DNA from: Pseudomonas phage vB_PaeM_GXNNA8
Sequence record: PV400810.1
DNA: 64,000 bases
Direction: 5' to 3' (one strand)
This document shows positions 19,661 through 29,422 of the stretch, piece by piece. Under the pieces are notes generated by a model that was not told the origin of the DNA, searched no databases, and saw only the letters and a program-made list of their open reading frames with translations. The translations under genes were made by a program, and so were the position numbers. Position 1 is the stretch's first letter, and each line of letters opens with the position of its first letter.

Positions 19661-22042
19661 TTAGTCCTTATTAACGTCTTTAAATTGAAGTCTTCCACTA
19701 GGAGTGACCGCCGTAACCGGCCCTCTTAAGACCAGTCTGCCGTAGTTGGCGGGGTCAATCACCGTCGGGGGACTCAGCTCCTTAAACACAAGGCGGCCAT
19801 AGTCCGCTGGACCTACGAGTGTTTCCTTATGCAGCTCTTTGAATACCAGACGCCCATAATTAGTTTCAGGGAGGCCCATACGATCTGCTGGTAACAGCCT
19901 GAAATAGGAGTCATCGATTATCCGAACTGCATAGTCCAACAGGTTGGTGCTGAGATCCACCCGTTCAAAGATATCATCGCTACGCGCCACCCCATACCCT
20001 TCTGCAATCGCTGCCACCTCAGGGATCATAGGTTCAACCAGGGGATGAACCTCTTCAACGGTACGAACACCATCGAAATGGGTGGGAACATCCATCTGAA
20101 CATGGGTGTAATCCCCGAAGGCACCATTTCCCTTCCCAATCCACCGGGGATCCCCAACAAAGATCTCACTGGGGAGCTCCGTTAAGTCCGTACCGTCATC
20201 GATTTCCTTAATGACCTGGATGGTGTAAGACGACAGCTGCATCATGATATCAATGAGGTTTGACTGTTTAATCCTCAAGGACGGGTTATTGTTGCTGTCC
20301 CAACCCGTGATGCGTTTGAAGATCTCCCAGGCAAAGTTACGGGCTTCTTCCGGGGTGTATTCCGTAAAGTCGAACTCATACCGATTCAAGAGTTGTTGGT
20401 AGGTAGTCAGGTCCGTGATCGTGGCGTTTCCAGACTCGTACATGAACTTCGTGGTGTTCTCCATCCGCGTACGCATGTTCAAGTCGTAGAACTGACTCGA
20501 CATCTTCTTGTGTTTCCACATGAGCGCGTAAACTTCTTCAGAATACGCCATGAGGTATTCCGGTGCAATAAAGGTGTTCACCGGAATCCACACGTTACGG
20601 ATGTCATACGCCATAATCGGCGTAATGAACGAAGGACCCCCAATATCAATCAAGGCTTCCAGGGTGGGAGGAACCGCTTTTAATACGTTGTGGTAATACG
20701 CCGGACAGATGTTGACCGGTTTTTGATCCCTGGCGAAGTCCACCAAGTACCGCCACACGTAGTAGGCATCCCCAACCGGGAGTCTGACCTGTTTACCGGA
20801 TTTAGGATCGGTAACCAGAATACGCCCTTTAAAGTACCCCTTAGCGGTTAAGTAAATCCATTCATTAAAGACTACCGACATCTTGGTATCGATGTGACGG
20901 TTGGTGTAATCCATCATTTTGGATTCCAACGTCTTCGTGGGCAGTTCAGAATGGTTACTGTGTTTCCCTTTCTGCAACGCGTCGTGATAGTACATGGACG
21001 CTTGATTAGGGTTCTCTTTTGCCAAGGGTTGTTGTTTATCGATCATGTGTCGGGTATCGATAAACGTGGCTTCTCGACCGTAGTCTTCCTGCAAGTTAAG
21101 CTGGAGCCTACGGTACAGGGGATTGGGAACCAATTCTTCCAACTGATTCGCTGTATTCTCCACCATATCAAACTTGGCCAGGGGAATACGAGCGTGGGTC
21201 AGGAGGTTGTCCATCAACTTCCCAAAGGTATACTGCTGACCGGGGTTGTTATCAATCCATGCGATGTTGCGGTACAACCACATGGTTTGATACCGATCTA
21301 AACTTTCCTTGTACTTGGAGAACGCCCCGTAGGAATCAATGTGACTCCAAATATAGAAATCATGAGCATACCGCGTCCCAATGGCTTCATGCCGAATGGT
21401 GCAAATGGCTTTGAACAGGTCAGCATACAGCAACATAATCCCGAAAGGGAGCATCAAGTCATCTGTTAACCGGTATTCGTGACGGAAGACTTGTTCCACT
21501 TCACTGTAGATCCAAGCTTGGAGTTGAGGGATCAATTGGTCCTCATTCCATTGCACCAAAGCCTTATTGTATTTGAGGATCTTATAGTCCTCAGCCTCTA
21601 TGGTCTCCTCGTAGGGGATTGGTGCAATAATGCCGCGAATCAATTCAGCTTGTCCCGGGTACCGTTCGACCAAGCGATTGAACCAATAGCCCCCGGTAGC
21701 ATACTCCCTGGCCGTCGCTAAATGGGTCACCAAGTTGTCTTTATTGAAGACAATTTCGTCACCGGTATCAATCGACGTAATAGTCATGATCTGATCATTG
21801 GGGTGGTAGTCCCCATTCAGGTTCATGTAGTACCGCCAGGTCCTTTTATCCAACCCGACAGGATAACCCGCTTCCTCCAGGACTTTGTTATCCCGTAAGG
21901 CAATGGCTTCTATTTTGATGACCATGGTTCTGACTAGACGAAACACGTCAGTCAGATAAGCATTAAATTCAATATTGTCCATAGTTCGCTCGAAGAGGTT
22001 AAGAATGGTCGATACATCTCGTAGACAGTCCAAGGGTAACAC
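19661..22042 (-). CDS. large hypothetical protein (793 aa) with three C-terminal YGRLVFKEL-type repeats
   Basis: C-terminus NYGRLVFKELHKETLVGPADYGRLVFKELSPPTVIDPANYGRLVLRGP. The likely true start is the internal Met (MDNIEFNAYL) near 21982, because the listed start overlaps the divergent gene. Confidence 0.55.
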   Translation of the reverse strand: MLPLDCLRDVSTILNLFERTMDNIEFNAYLTDVFRLVRTMVIKIEAIALRDNKVLEEAGYPVGLDKRTWRYYMNLNGDYHPNDQIMTITSIDTGDEIVFNKDNLVTHLATAREYATGGYWFNRLVERYPGQAELIRGIIAPIPYEETIEAEDYKILKYNKALVQWNEDQLIPQLQAWIYSEVEQVFRHEYRLTDDLMLPFGIMLLYADLFKAICTIRHEAIGTRYAHDFYIWSHIDSYGAFSKYKESLDRYQTMWLYRNIAWIDNNPGQQYTFGKLMDNLLTHARIPLAKFDMVENTANQLEELVPNPLYRRLQLNLQEDYGREATFIDTRHMIDKQQPLAKENPNQASMYYHDALQKGKHSNHSELPTKTLESKMMDYTNRHIDTKMSVVFNEWIYLTAKGYFKGRILVTDPKSGKQVRLPVGDAYYVWRYLVDFARDQKPVNICPAYYHNVLKAVPPTLEALIDIGGPSFITPIMAYDIRNVWIPVNTFIAPEYLMAYSEEVYALMWKHKKMSSQFYDLNMRTRMENTTKFMYESGNATITDLTTYQQLLNRYEFDFTEYTPEEARNFAWEIFKRITGWDSNNNPSLRIKQSNLIDIMMQLSSYTIQVIKEIDDGTDLTELPSEIFVGDPRWIGKGNGAFGDYTHVQMDVPTHFDGVRTVEEVHPLVEPMIPEVAAIAEGYGVARSDDIFERVDLSTNLLDYAVRIIDDSYFRLLPADRMGLPETNYGRLVFKELHKETLVGPADYGRLVFKELSPPTVIDPANYGRLVLRGPVTAVTPSGRLQFKDVNKD

Positions 22043-24977
22043 GCAGGTGGATTTTGCTGCTTTGCGTAAATCGTTGACGACTCAAAACCCAGTGGTTGCA
22101 GCGACCCTGCGTAATGCTACGCCTCGTAACGGTTCATCCCCTGAACGGGATGAGATCAACGGTCATCGGACGGTTAACCCTTACAAACTGGAAAAGCTGA
22201 GTAATATCATCAGCAACAACATTAACGCGGCTACTGATTTGCGGTTAATCACGCCGTATATCGACAAAGCCACCTTGATCTGGCAGACGTGTCTACTCTA
22301 CCCCAATGGGAAGCAAGACAAAATCCTCACCTACGACACCCAACCGTCCCCTATTAAAAATGCAAAATTGCATGATGAACTCCTCACCATCTGGGATGGC
22401 TACTATACCAATGACTATAAGATCGAGAAAGATTTGAGGGAAATGATCGCGGATATTCTCTTCAATACCGGGAGTTATGTGCTGTTTAACTTGAGTCGCC
22501 CAGGTCTCGATTATTTGATCAACGGTGCGGAGCAATCCGGGGATGTTGCCGGTAACGAACAGTTCATGACCCAGGCTAAAGAGATGCTAAGTCATGAGTT
22601 CGTAGTCGTCAACGGTAAAGTCCGGGTGAAGAACAAAGGTGTCTTTGTCGGTAATAGAACCAGTCATAATACAAATAACACCGTCAGTGGTCTAGAATCC
22701 CTTTTCCTGAACCCTTCTTCTCAGGATGCTGGAGTGGAATTCAATATCTTTGAAGACGATAAAGACTCTGTCTCGAAGGAATTGGCTCAGCTGATTGATA
22801 TTACCCTGACCGATAACCCAGCGGTCTTGTACCTCCAGAAGTTCGAGGAAAGTAAACGTCGGTCGAATGTTGCCGCGGTAACGGGAGCGGAAGGGTTGGA
22901 CCTTATTATCCAAACCGCTCTGGTGGCTCGTACGAACCCTGGAGATGATCAACAGCACTATACGGATGCAGATGGTAAGAAACGCAAACGTAAGAAGCCT
23001 GCTGATCCTCAAGCCACTACCGTTAACTTAACAGAAGGTGAATTGAATGAGTTGAGTAACCGTTTGTTCCCTCAACGGAATCCGGTGAGTCAGATCATTC
23101 AATTCAGTAAACCCGTCGATGCCTTGAAGATTGCACCCTATGGACGGGGGATTACCTACAAGGTTCCCAGTGAAGCGGTGATTCCGATTCACATTAACGG
23201 GAGTAATGGAACTCAAACGGACTTTATCCTCCTCACGGATCCTCGGGATGGGAGTTTCCTGAAGAATACGAATGACTTCGAGTACTACCAGAGTAACCGA
23301 AGCAATGCCAGTATGATTGCTAACCGCCCTAAAAACGGTAGTACGAACAACCTGGTTAAACAGCTTCGTCAGATCCAAGAAGGGAAAGAATGTGATTTCG
23401 ATATGACCGAGTTCATTGAGATCTCGAAATCGAATATCATTCGACGGTACATGCAGTCAGTCCTCAGTGGTCGCGGGGAGAATATCAGCATTGAAATCGA
23501 TGAGGAAGCCAACAAGATCTTCCTGCAACGCATTTTCCGTAGGCAGGGGATTCGGTGTTTGTATGTGCCTGGGGAAGCGATGACCTATATGGCCCTGAAC
23601 TATAACCGTTTAGGGATTGGTCAGTCGTTGACTCAAATGGCTAAAATGCACATTGCTCGTTTAGCGGCCTTAGACCTCGCTGACGCGTTGGCGAACCTAG
23701 AGGCGGCTACACCCCACACCCAAATGACGATTAACCTCCAGGAGAACGACGCAGAGCCTTTTGCGGGTATTGCGGCGACCAGGGCAGCGTTCTTTGAAGC
23801 TAACCCACGGTTGCACAGTATTCTCTCAACATCTCAACTATCAGTCCCCATGATTGTGGATACCTTGAGGGAGAACTCCTTAACAGTTAAAGTCAACGCG
23901 GGTGAGAACCCTTACTTCCCTGCCTCGGATATTCAGCTCGATCAATTGGAAAAGAACATCTTCCGCCCGGTCGATCAGAATAGTCGTACGGAGCTGTTGA
24001 ACAAGATCGCCAACTACTTCCACCTGTCTCGGAGTTGGTTGGATGTCAGTGACGATCAGAACAACTTCCAGATTGAGGCCCTGGCTGAACACCAGATGCT
24101 CCTGAACCAAATCGTTAACTGGCAAGAACGCCTGGCAGACTTCATTATTGACTTCGAACGTAAGCATGCTCACGTGAACGGGCCTTTAATGAAGAAGTTG
24201 GTGACCAAGATCTCGGAGAATAAGAAACTCTGGTCACCGGACAGTAAGGAGAAACTGGAAGGGTCTGACGAAGAGATCATTAAAATGATTCTCGTCGACT
24301 TCTTGACTAACCTTAAAGCCCACTTCCCCATCCCCAGTTCTGTTGAAACGACCGCTAAACTCAAGGACAGTTTGGATACGGTGAGTCAGCTGGTGGAGTC
24401 GTGGGTTGCCATGGCGGGTCATTCGGGTAACCTGAAACAGATTGCTGAGCTCTTGGGTATTCCGGAATCTGATGACGGAGAAGGGAATAACAAGAACCTG
24501 ACGGCGATTAACGAGCAAGTGAAGTCAGTGCTCACGGTTGAAGCCTTCAGGCGCTATAACCTCCCGATGCCATTTGACGACATCCTTAACGATGGTAAGG
24601 GTGGTGGTCTTGCTTCCTTGGTGAACGCCGTTGTGAGTCAGCGTCAGAATGTCGGGGAGTTCCTGGCAGCCCTGATTGCAGGGACTCGTGATGCGGATGC
24701 TAAGGTCATTAAGGCACACGCCAAGAAGATCGATAAGGCTGATAAAGACCTCCAAGAAGCCAGGGATAAGGCGAATCTCCCTGAAGGGGATCAGAACGCC
24801 TTAGAGAATACCCCTCCCGGGGAAGAGGAAGAACCGGAAGGTATAGAGGAAGAGGAAGGTTCTGAAGCAGGTACTGAAGGAGAGGAGGAAGAAGAAACCT
24901 CTCCTGAGGGTGAAGAAGGCAATGAGGATGGGACCAATCCTGAAGAGAACAGTCCCGATACCAATCCCTTTGCTTAA
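21975..24977 (+). CDS. large protein (1000 aa) with a poly-acidic C-terminal tail; virion, portal or ejection protein are guesses
   Basis: C-terminal EEEEPEGIEEEEGSEAGTEGEEEEETSPEGEEGNED. A high-codon-bias antisense ORF is absent. The start codon is uncertain because the listed start overlaps the divergent 793-aa gene. Confidence 0.55.
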   Translation: MSIVRSKRLRMVDTSRRQSKGNTQVDFAALRKSLTTQNPVVAATLRNATPRNGSSPERDEINGHRTVNPYKLEKLSNIISNNINAATDLRLITPYIDKATLIWQTCLLYPNGKQDKILTYDTQPSPIKNAKLHDELLTIWDGYYTNDYKIEKDLREMIADILFNTGSYVLFNLSRPGLDYLINGAEQSGDVAGNEQFMTQAKEMLSHEFVVVNGKVRVKNKGVFVGNRTSHNTNNTVSGLESLFLNPSSQDAGVEFNIFEDDKDSVSKELAQLIDITLTDNPAVLYLQKFEESKRRSNVAAVTGAEGLDLIIQTALVARTNPGDDQQHYTDADGKKRKRKKPADPQATTVNLTEGELNELSNRLFPQRNPVSQIIQFSKPVDALKIAPYGRGITYKVPSEAVIPIHINGSNGTQTDFILLTDPRDGSFLKNTNDFEYYQSNRSNASMIANRPKNGSTNNLVKQLRQIQEGKECDFDMTEFIEISKSNIIRRYMQSVLSGRGENISIEIDEEANKIFLQRIFRRQGIRCLYVPGEAMTYMALNYNRLGIGQSLTQMAKMHIARLAALDLADALANLEAATPHTQMTINLQENDAEPFAGIAATRAAFFEANPRLHSILSTSQLSVPMIVDTLRENSLTVKVNAGENPYFPASDIQLDQLEKNIFRPVDQNSRTELLNKIANYFHLSRSWLDVSDDQNNFQIEALAEHQMLLNQIVNWQERLADFIIDFERKHAHVNGPLMKKLVTKISENKKLWSPDSKEKLEGSDEEIIKMILVDFLTNLKAHFPIPSSVETTAKLKDSLDTVSQLVESWVAMAGHSGNLKQIAELLGIPESDDGEGNNKNLTAINEQVKSVLTVEAFRRYNLPMPFDDILNDGKGGGLASLVNAVVSQRQNVGEFLAALIAGTRDADAKVIKAHAKKIDKADKDLQEARDKANLPEGDQNALENTPPGEEEEPEGIEEEEGSEAGTEGEEEEETSPEGEEGNEDGTNPEENSPDTNPFA

Positions 24978-24996
24978 TCAAAAATAAACGTTATAC

Positions 24997-25039
24997 CCCC
25001 TAACCCCTAGCCCCTTTAACAGGGCTAGGGGTTAGGGGT
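24997..25039. terminator. bidirectional hairpin cccctaacccctagccc / gggctaggggttagggg (17 bp perfect) flanked by A-run and T-run
   Basis: A perfect inverted repeat with a 9-nt loop, aaaaataaa upstream and tttatt downstream, sits between convergent genes. Confidence 0.7.
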
Positions 25040-25049
25040 TTATTCAGTG

Positions 25050-25607
25050 TTACTCTTTACTCTCAATGATGTACGGCATGAAGAAGGTCGGACCCAGGCC
25101 TTCCATTGCACGGTAGAAGTTCAGCGAGCGCAGTTCTACCGAGGTTTCAGGATTACCCACCAGGATCGACAGGTTTTTCAGGTCGATCTTCTTGCGTTTG
25201 GCGAATTCCACATAACGCTGTACGGCGACATCGATGTAGTATTCTTCGGGGATAAGACCCGGACGGGTAACCTTACGGACTTCTTCCACCATCTCAATAA
25301 GGAGTTCTTTATTGAATTCCCCATTGTCATAGAGCGACAGTACATTGATCAGAATGTTGTCGAAGTCCTGGTTATCCTCTTCACTCTCGTCTTTCGAGGC
25401 TTTGGGAGACGTTTGAGGGGTAGCGGGAGCTGGCTGAGCGGGAGGAGTCACCGGAGGGGTGGTTACCGCTTTAGCCTTCTCGTCCTCAGGAGTGGAGGGG
25501 TTCTTCTGATCGTTGTTTTTCGACATCGCTTTAACCTCTTGGTAAGTCGGGGGATAAGACATAATATTCGTACAGTCTGTATCCGTTAGAAACCGGTCGA
25601 GTAACAC
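25050..25607 (-). CDS. hypothetical Pro/Thr-rich protein; probable start ATG at 25524 (MSKNNDQK...)
   Basis: An AAGAGG Shine-Dalgarno sits 8 nt upstream of the internal ATG. N-terminus TTPPVTPPAQPAPATPQTSP; C-terminal half is globular. Confidence 0.5.
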   Translation of the reverse strand: MLLDRFLTDTDCTNIMSYPPTYQEVKAMSKNNDQKNPSTPEDEKAKAVTTPPVTPPAQPAPATPQTSPKASKDESEEDNQDFDNILINVLSLYDNGEFNKELLIEMVEEVRKVTRPGLIPEEYYIDVAVQRYVEFAKRKKIDLKNLSILVGNPETSVELRSLNFYRAMEGLGPTFFMPYIIESKE

Positions 25608-25976
25608 GGCATTAAGACAAAAAATAAAAGGAGCGAGGGGAGGAGGAACCCACCTGCTTAGAGCCGATGGCTGTCCCTCCTCCCCTTAACTTGCTAGGTG
25701 TTCAACCAGCGCTAGTTTAGCACCTTCACAAGCCGCCTCACCGTCCGAGAACCTTCCCGCCGACAGCACCGAAAAGGAGACTGAAGTCCAGGTCAATAGC
25801 TCAACAGTGTGACTTGACGATAGCGGCTATACCGTCCATAGGGTTCGGAGTATGAGTTTTGCCAAGCTCATACTCGACGAGTACCACGCCTTATCACCCT
25901 TAAGTTCAGGCGGGACCCGCAGACGCGGATTAATATGACACGTTGTCCGTATATAATACCGTCAACGTGTTAAAAC
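25608..25976. other. 369-bp ORF-free, GC-rich, hairpin-dense region; candidate structured ncRNA or replication/regulatory element
   Basis: Stems include gaggggaggagg...cctcctcccc, ggagtatgagtt-ttgcca-agctcatactc and ccgcagacgcgg. No ORF of 60 aa or more exists on either strand. Confidence 0.3.
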
Positions 25977-26222
25977 TTACTCTCCGTAATCGAGAGTGTC
26001 GTAAACCATCGACCGAGCCACTTCGGCGATAGTGTCGTCGTCGATCAGACGATGACCGTCCTCATTGCGATCTGCTTTATTCCACGCAGAACTTTCACCG
26101 AGTGCGTTCACACATATCTTCCCCCGGTAACCCCTGGCGTCGAGGATAAGTCGAGCACGACGAATCACCTCCGTATCGAATTCCCCGTGGGTCTTGAACA
26201 CCTTAAGGTTCTTTTTAGCCAT
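25977..26222 (-). CDS. small hypothetical protein (81 aa)
   Basis: ORF only. Confidence 0.4.
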   Translation of the reverse strand: MAKKNLKVFKTHGEFDTEVIRRARLILDARGYRGKICVNALGESSAWNKADRNEDGHRLIDDDTIAEVARSMVYDTLDYGE

Positions 26223-26233
26223 GATTGACGTCC

Positions 26234-27259
26234 TTAAATTGCCACTAACTCAACATGAGTCAATTGATTGAGATCGGAGGTCAGTTGCTCAGTATAGGAT
26301 ACCTGATACGCACCGCCCAGGGTATCGATGTGGAACACAACAGCATCCAAGGCCAGCTTATTCACACGACGTACTTTAACCAGGATTTGCTGATCCTCAG
26401 GCACCGTAAGTTTCACGGTCTCTTTATCGGGTGTCACAGGGGGGTAGAGGGACTCAATGAAGAGTACAGCTTTCTTAGCCTCAAAGACCTGATCAATCCA
26501 TTCACTCCCGTTATGAAGCAAACGGTAACCCTTGTCTTCAGATCCCTCAATATGGAAAAAGGGTTTGGGATGTCCTATACCCTTAGTGACCCTTACGACC
26601 TGGACGTTGATAAGACCTACACCCAATCCTCGGAAGAGTATAGTCACGTGGCCCTCTGTAGAGAATTTTGTCATGGCAATGTCTCCCTTTACGAACTCGT
26701 GGTTTTCATCCAATTGGTAAGGAACGCCAGGTTCGAGACCGTCCTCACCGATATATCCAACTGCTGTGCGGTAACGATTGGCTTCACTGTCGAAGTACTG
26801 GATGTGGATCTTTCCATTCTTTCCAGCGGACGCAACGCCATCGAGTCCAACGATAGCAGTCCCCCAATCTCCAGCGGTAGCTTTCCCTTTCTTTCCGGCG
26901 GTGGCAGTACCTAAGTATCCGACAGTAGCCGTACTGTAATTTCCGGCGGTGGCGATGCCATGGTCACCAGCGGTGGCGCTGGCGCAATCTCCGGCGATAG
27001 CCATGCCTTTATTTCCGGCAGAGGCGATACCAAAGCGTTCAACGATGGCTGTCCCATAGTCTCCAGAAACAGCGTGTCCATTGTTCGCAGCGGTGGCGAC
27101 GCTATTTTTTCCAGCGATGGCGGTCCCGTGTTCCCCCACATGGCAAGACCCGTTGTCACCGACTTGAAGGACATGACCACAGCTGGCTCGTTGAAAGGGT
27201 GTTTCTTTATGTTTCATGACCTTCTCCAAAATACAGCGATTGGGTATCCAATCTGTCAC
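26234..27259 (-). CDS. octapeptide-repeat (beta-helix-like) protein
   Basis: About 13 tandem 8-residue units of the G-x-A-x-A-G-x-x type (GTAIAGKN, GIASAGNK, GMAIAGDC, ATAGDHGI, ...), followed by a non-repetitive ~200-aa C-domain. Confidence 0.55.
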   Translation of the reverse strand: MTDWIPNRCILEKVMKHKETPFQRASCGHVLQVGDNGSCHVGEHGTAIAGKNSVATAANNGHAVSGDYGTAIVERFGIASAGNKGMAIAGDCASATAGDHGIATAGNYSTATVGYLGTATAGKKGKATAGDWGTAIVGLDGVASAGKNGKIHIQYFDSEANRYRTAVGYIGEDGLEPGVPYQLDENHEFVKGDIAMTKFSTEGHVTILFRGLGVGLINVQVVRVTKGIGHPKPFFHIEGSEDKGYRLLHNGSEWIDQVFEAKKAVLFIESLYPPVTPDKETVKLTVPEDQQILVKVRRVNKLALDAVVFHIDTLGGAYQVSYTEQLTSDLNQLTHVELVAI

Positions 27260-27392
27260 TCTCGGTAGCTTAAAGGCTAAACGGCTTATTAAGCAAACCG
27301 CCCGGGTTCTACCGAAAACCCGTTTAAGAAGGGTTGGAGACTACACGTGTGATTTAACGGCGTTTACGTGAGTCCCCTCCTTCACGCAGGGG

Positions 27393-27896
27393 TTATTCCT
27401 TTAAAGACAGAGTGGAGTGGTCTTCAGGTTCAGGGGCATGCAGTACTTCAATGCAACGAAAGACAGCGAATGTAGCGTTATTCTCCGCCCTTAACCTTTT
27501 AGCTTCCGTAATAGCTTTTGCTCTGGAGGAATGTCGGTAAGGTCGAGGTGACATATACACGACACCATTTTCACCTACCCTCCCAATAACGTAACGTCCA
27601 ATCGGGTTGGTATAGTGTTCTTGAGTGACGTTATTTTGGAACAGTACGTTATTGTGATAAAATTTGAACCCTCTGAACATCCAGAGGGTTCTCTTATCTT
27701 TGTATTTCCCTTCCTGGTCCTTCTCCAGGTAGATCTCCGCTTTGTTTGTACCCATCACTGGCTGAAGATGTTTTTTCTTCATATGAAACTCAAACTCTTC
27801 ACGCAGATTGAGTTTCATATCCTCAGTAACCTTACGGTGATCGTTAGGAGAAGGGGGAGGTGTTTCATTTTGAATTATTCGATCGGTCACTTTCAC
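27393..27896 (-). CDS. hypothetical protein (167 aa)
   Basis: Has a 4-nt ATGA overlap with the upstream gene, suggesting translational coupling. Confidence 0.5.
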   Translation of the reverse strand: MKVTDRIIQNETPPPSPNDHRKVTEDMKLNLREEFEFHMKKKHLQPVMGTNKAEIYLEKDQEGKYKDKRTLWMFRGFKFYHNNVLFQNNVTQEHYTNPIGRYVIGRVGENGVVYMSPRPYRHSSRAKAITEAKRLRAENNATFAVFRCIEVLHAPEPEDHSTLSLKE

Positions 27897-28651
27897 ACCT
27901 CCGGGTCGTCGTAATCGTCTTCATAACGGTCATCAAACGACCTGTTGTATTCGAATGCTTCGATCCTGGCCTGACGTTCAGCTTCCTTACGCCGGCTGGT
28001 GCGCGCACGCGGCAGACAACGGTTGAAGATCTTGCGGAACTTCTTCTTACTGATGAGATAATGGCAGTAAGCACCATCACCACAGGAGGTTGCCTGACGA
28101 ATGATATCACCGCACATCAGCGAAATCAACTTATCCATATCGATCAGATGAGTGGCGAAGTTATTTTTATTAACCTCTTCCAATTTTCCGTAGATGAAAT
28201 GATAGATCGAGTCGATGTAGTAGTAGTTGGGGTGTTTGTTGATGGGAAGGTGGGTGTCAGGATCCAGGGGGTGGGTGGCTCTGGTTTTCCACAGACTGTC
28301 CTCCACGTCATTCTCCTCAGCACGGAGAGGACCATCCCCCCGTTTAATGATCTTGCGCGCCCAGTGGACGTTAATCGCCGCACGGTCCTTTAGAACAGCC
28401 ACCCAACTGTCCGGCCCATTGGGGACTACACCCTCCACTTCCGCTTCGAACGTTGCGTACCGCTGACCAGGAAACTCACGTTCGTCCTCTTTCAGAAAAC
28501 GCTGGGTTGGGGACTCGAACACCGCGATCGTTCCTTTGGGGAAGTGGGCAGCGCCAAAGGGACATTCGCGTTTCTTTTCTTTACGATTCTGGATGACCCA
28601 TTCCAGTCGGTCTTTACTGAGACGTCCAACAGGTACACGAAAAGGTTTCAT
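27893..28651 (-). CDS. hypothetical protein with a C-terminal Cys cluster (CGD...CGDGAYCH) and a basic/acidic tail
   Basis: ORF; possible zinc-binding motif. Confidence 0.5.
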   Translation of the reverse strand: MKPFRVPVGRLSKDRLEWVIQNRKEKKRECPFGAAHFPKGTIAVFESPTQRFLKEDEREFPGQRYATFEAEVEGVVPNGPDSWVAVLKDRAAINVHWARKIIKRGDGPLRAEENDVEDSLWKTRATHPLDPDTHLPINKHPNYYYIDSIYHFIYGKLEEVNKNNFATHLIDMDKLISLMCGDIIRQATSCGDGAYCHYLISKKKFRKIFNRCLPRARTSRRKEAERQARIEAFEYNRSFDDRYEDDYDDPEV

Positions 28652-28690
28652 AATACTATCCTTCTGTTTAACAGATTGTTTAACAACGGT

Positions 28691-28831
28691 TTAGTGGAGA
28701 TTCTCAACGAAGTGAATATCCCACTGGGTGTATTGGGTTTCCCGCATGAAGAGTTCAACCGCTTCTATCAAGGTCATTTGGTGGGGGGCTTCCCAAGTGT
28801 CCTTGTTGTAACACGTGAATTTCCAAAACAT
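28691..28831 (-). CDS. very small hypothetical ORF (46 aa)
   Basis: ATG at 28831. It fills an otherwise empty 186-bp gap but is not in the ORF track, which uses a 60-aa cut-off. Confidence 0.2.
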   Translation of the reverse strand: MFWKFTCYNKDTWEAPHQMTLIEAVELFMRETQYTQWDIHFVENLH

Positions 28832-28837
28832 GACCAA

Positions 28838-29392
28838 TTACCCCTGTGCTAGTTCATGAAGACGTCCAGCTGCTTTGAGTTTACGGATTTCACTGATCGA
28901 CTTACCGTATTTAGCGGCGAGTTCCCTGACCGTCCCTTCCGGAGCCGGTTTATTCGCAAAGCAGAACTTTTTGGGTGTTTCTTCTCGGCTGACACTCTGG
29001 GAGTGATCAGGGAAACGTCGACTGAGGTCTTCCAGGAATTCCTTAGCTTTGGTGATGTAAACCTTAAGGTAGGCGTGGCCTTCCGAGATATCACTTTCAG
29101 TCAATCGTTGTAACACAACCCTTTCTACGATTCCCTTGGCGGCACTGCCTTCAGTATCGTAGATCATTTTATTTATCAGTCCAACCGCATAACCATTTAT
29201 TGACTCTCCATAACCCTCTATTGACTCTCCAGAGGGCACACTCTTGAAACTGTGCAGCATGTGCTTCAAGTAGATAACATCACCAGTGTGCCCTGTTTCC
29301 ATCAGGAATAACGCCACTTCAAATCCGTTGTAACACCCCAGATCCTCTTGACGAGCAACGTCGAGTTCTTCCATTTGTTTTTCAGTAAACAT
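28838..29392 (-). CDS. HTH protein with a sigma-70 region-4-like C-terminus (possible phage sigma or transcription factor)
   Basis: C-terminal TVRELAAKYGKSISEIRKLKAAG resembles the sigma region 4.2 helix-turn-helix. A GAGGAA Shine-Dalgarno sits 9 nt upstream of the ATG at 29392. Confidence 0.45.
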   Translation of the reverse strand: MFTEKQMEELDVARQEDLGCYNGFEVALFLMETGHTGDVIYLKHMLHSFKSVPSGESIEGYGESINGYAVGLINKMIYDTEGSAAKGIVERVVLQRLTESDISEGHAYLKVYITKAKEFLEDLSRRFPDHSQSVSREETPKKFCFANKPAPEGTVRELAAKYGKSISEIRKLKAAGRLHELAQG

Positions 29393-29422
29393 TGGTTTAT
29401 TCCTCGTGGCTTAATACATCAA

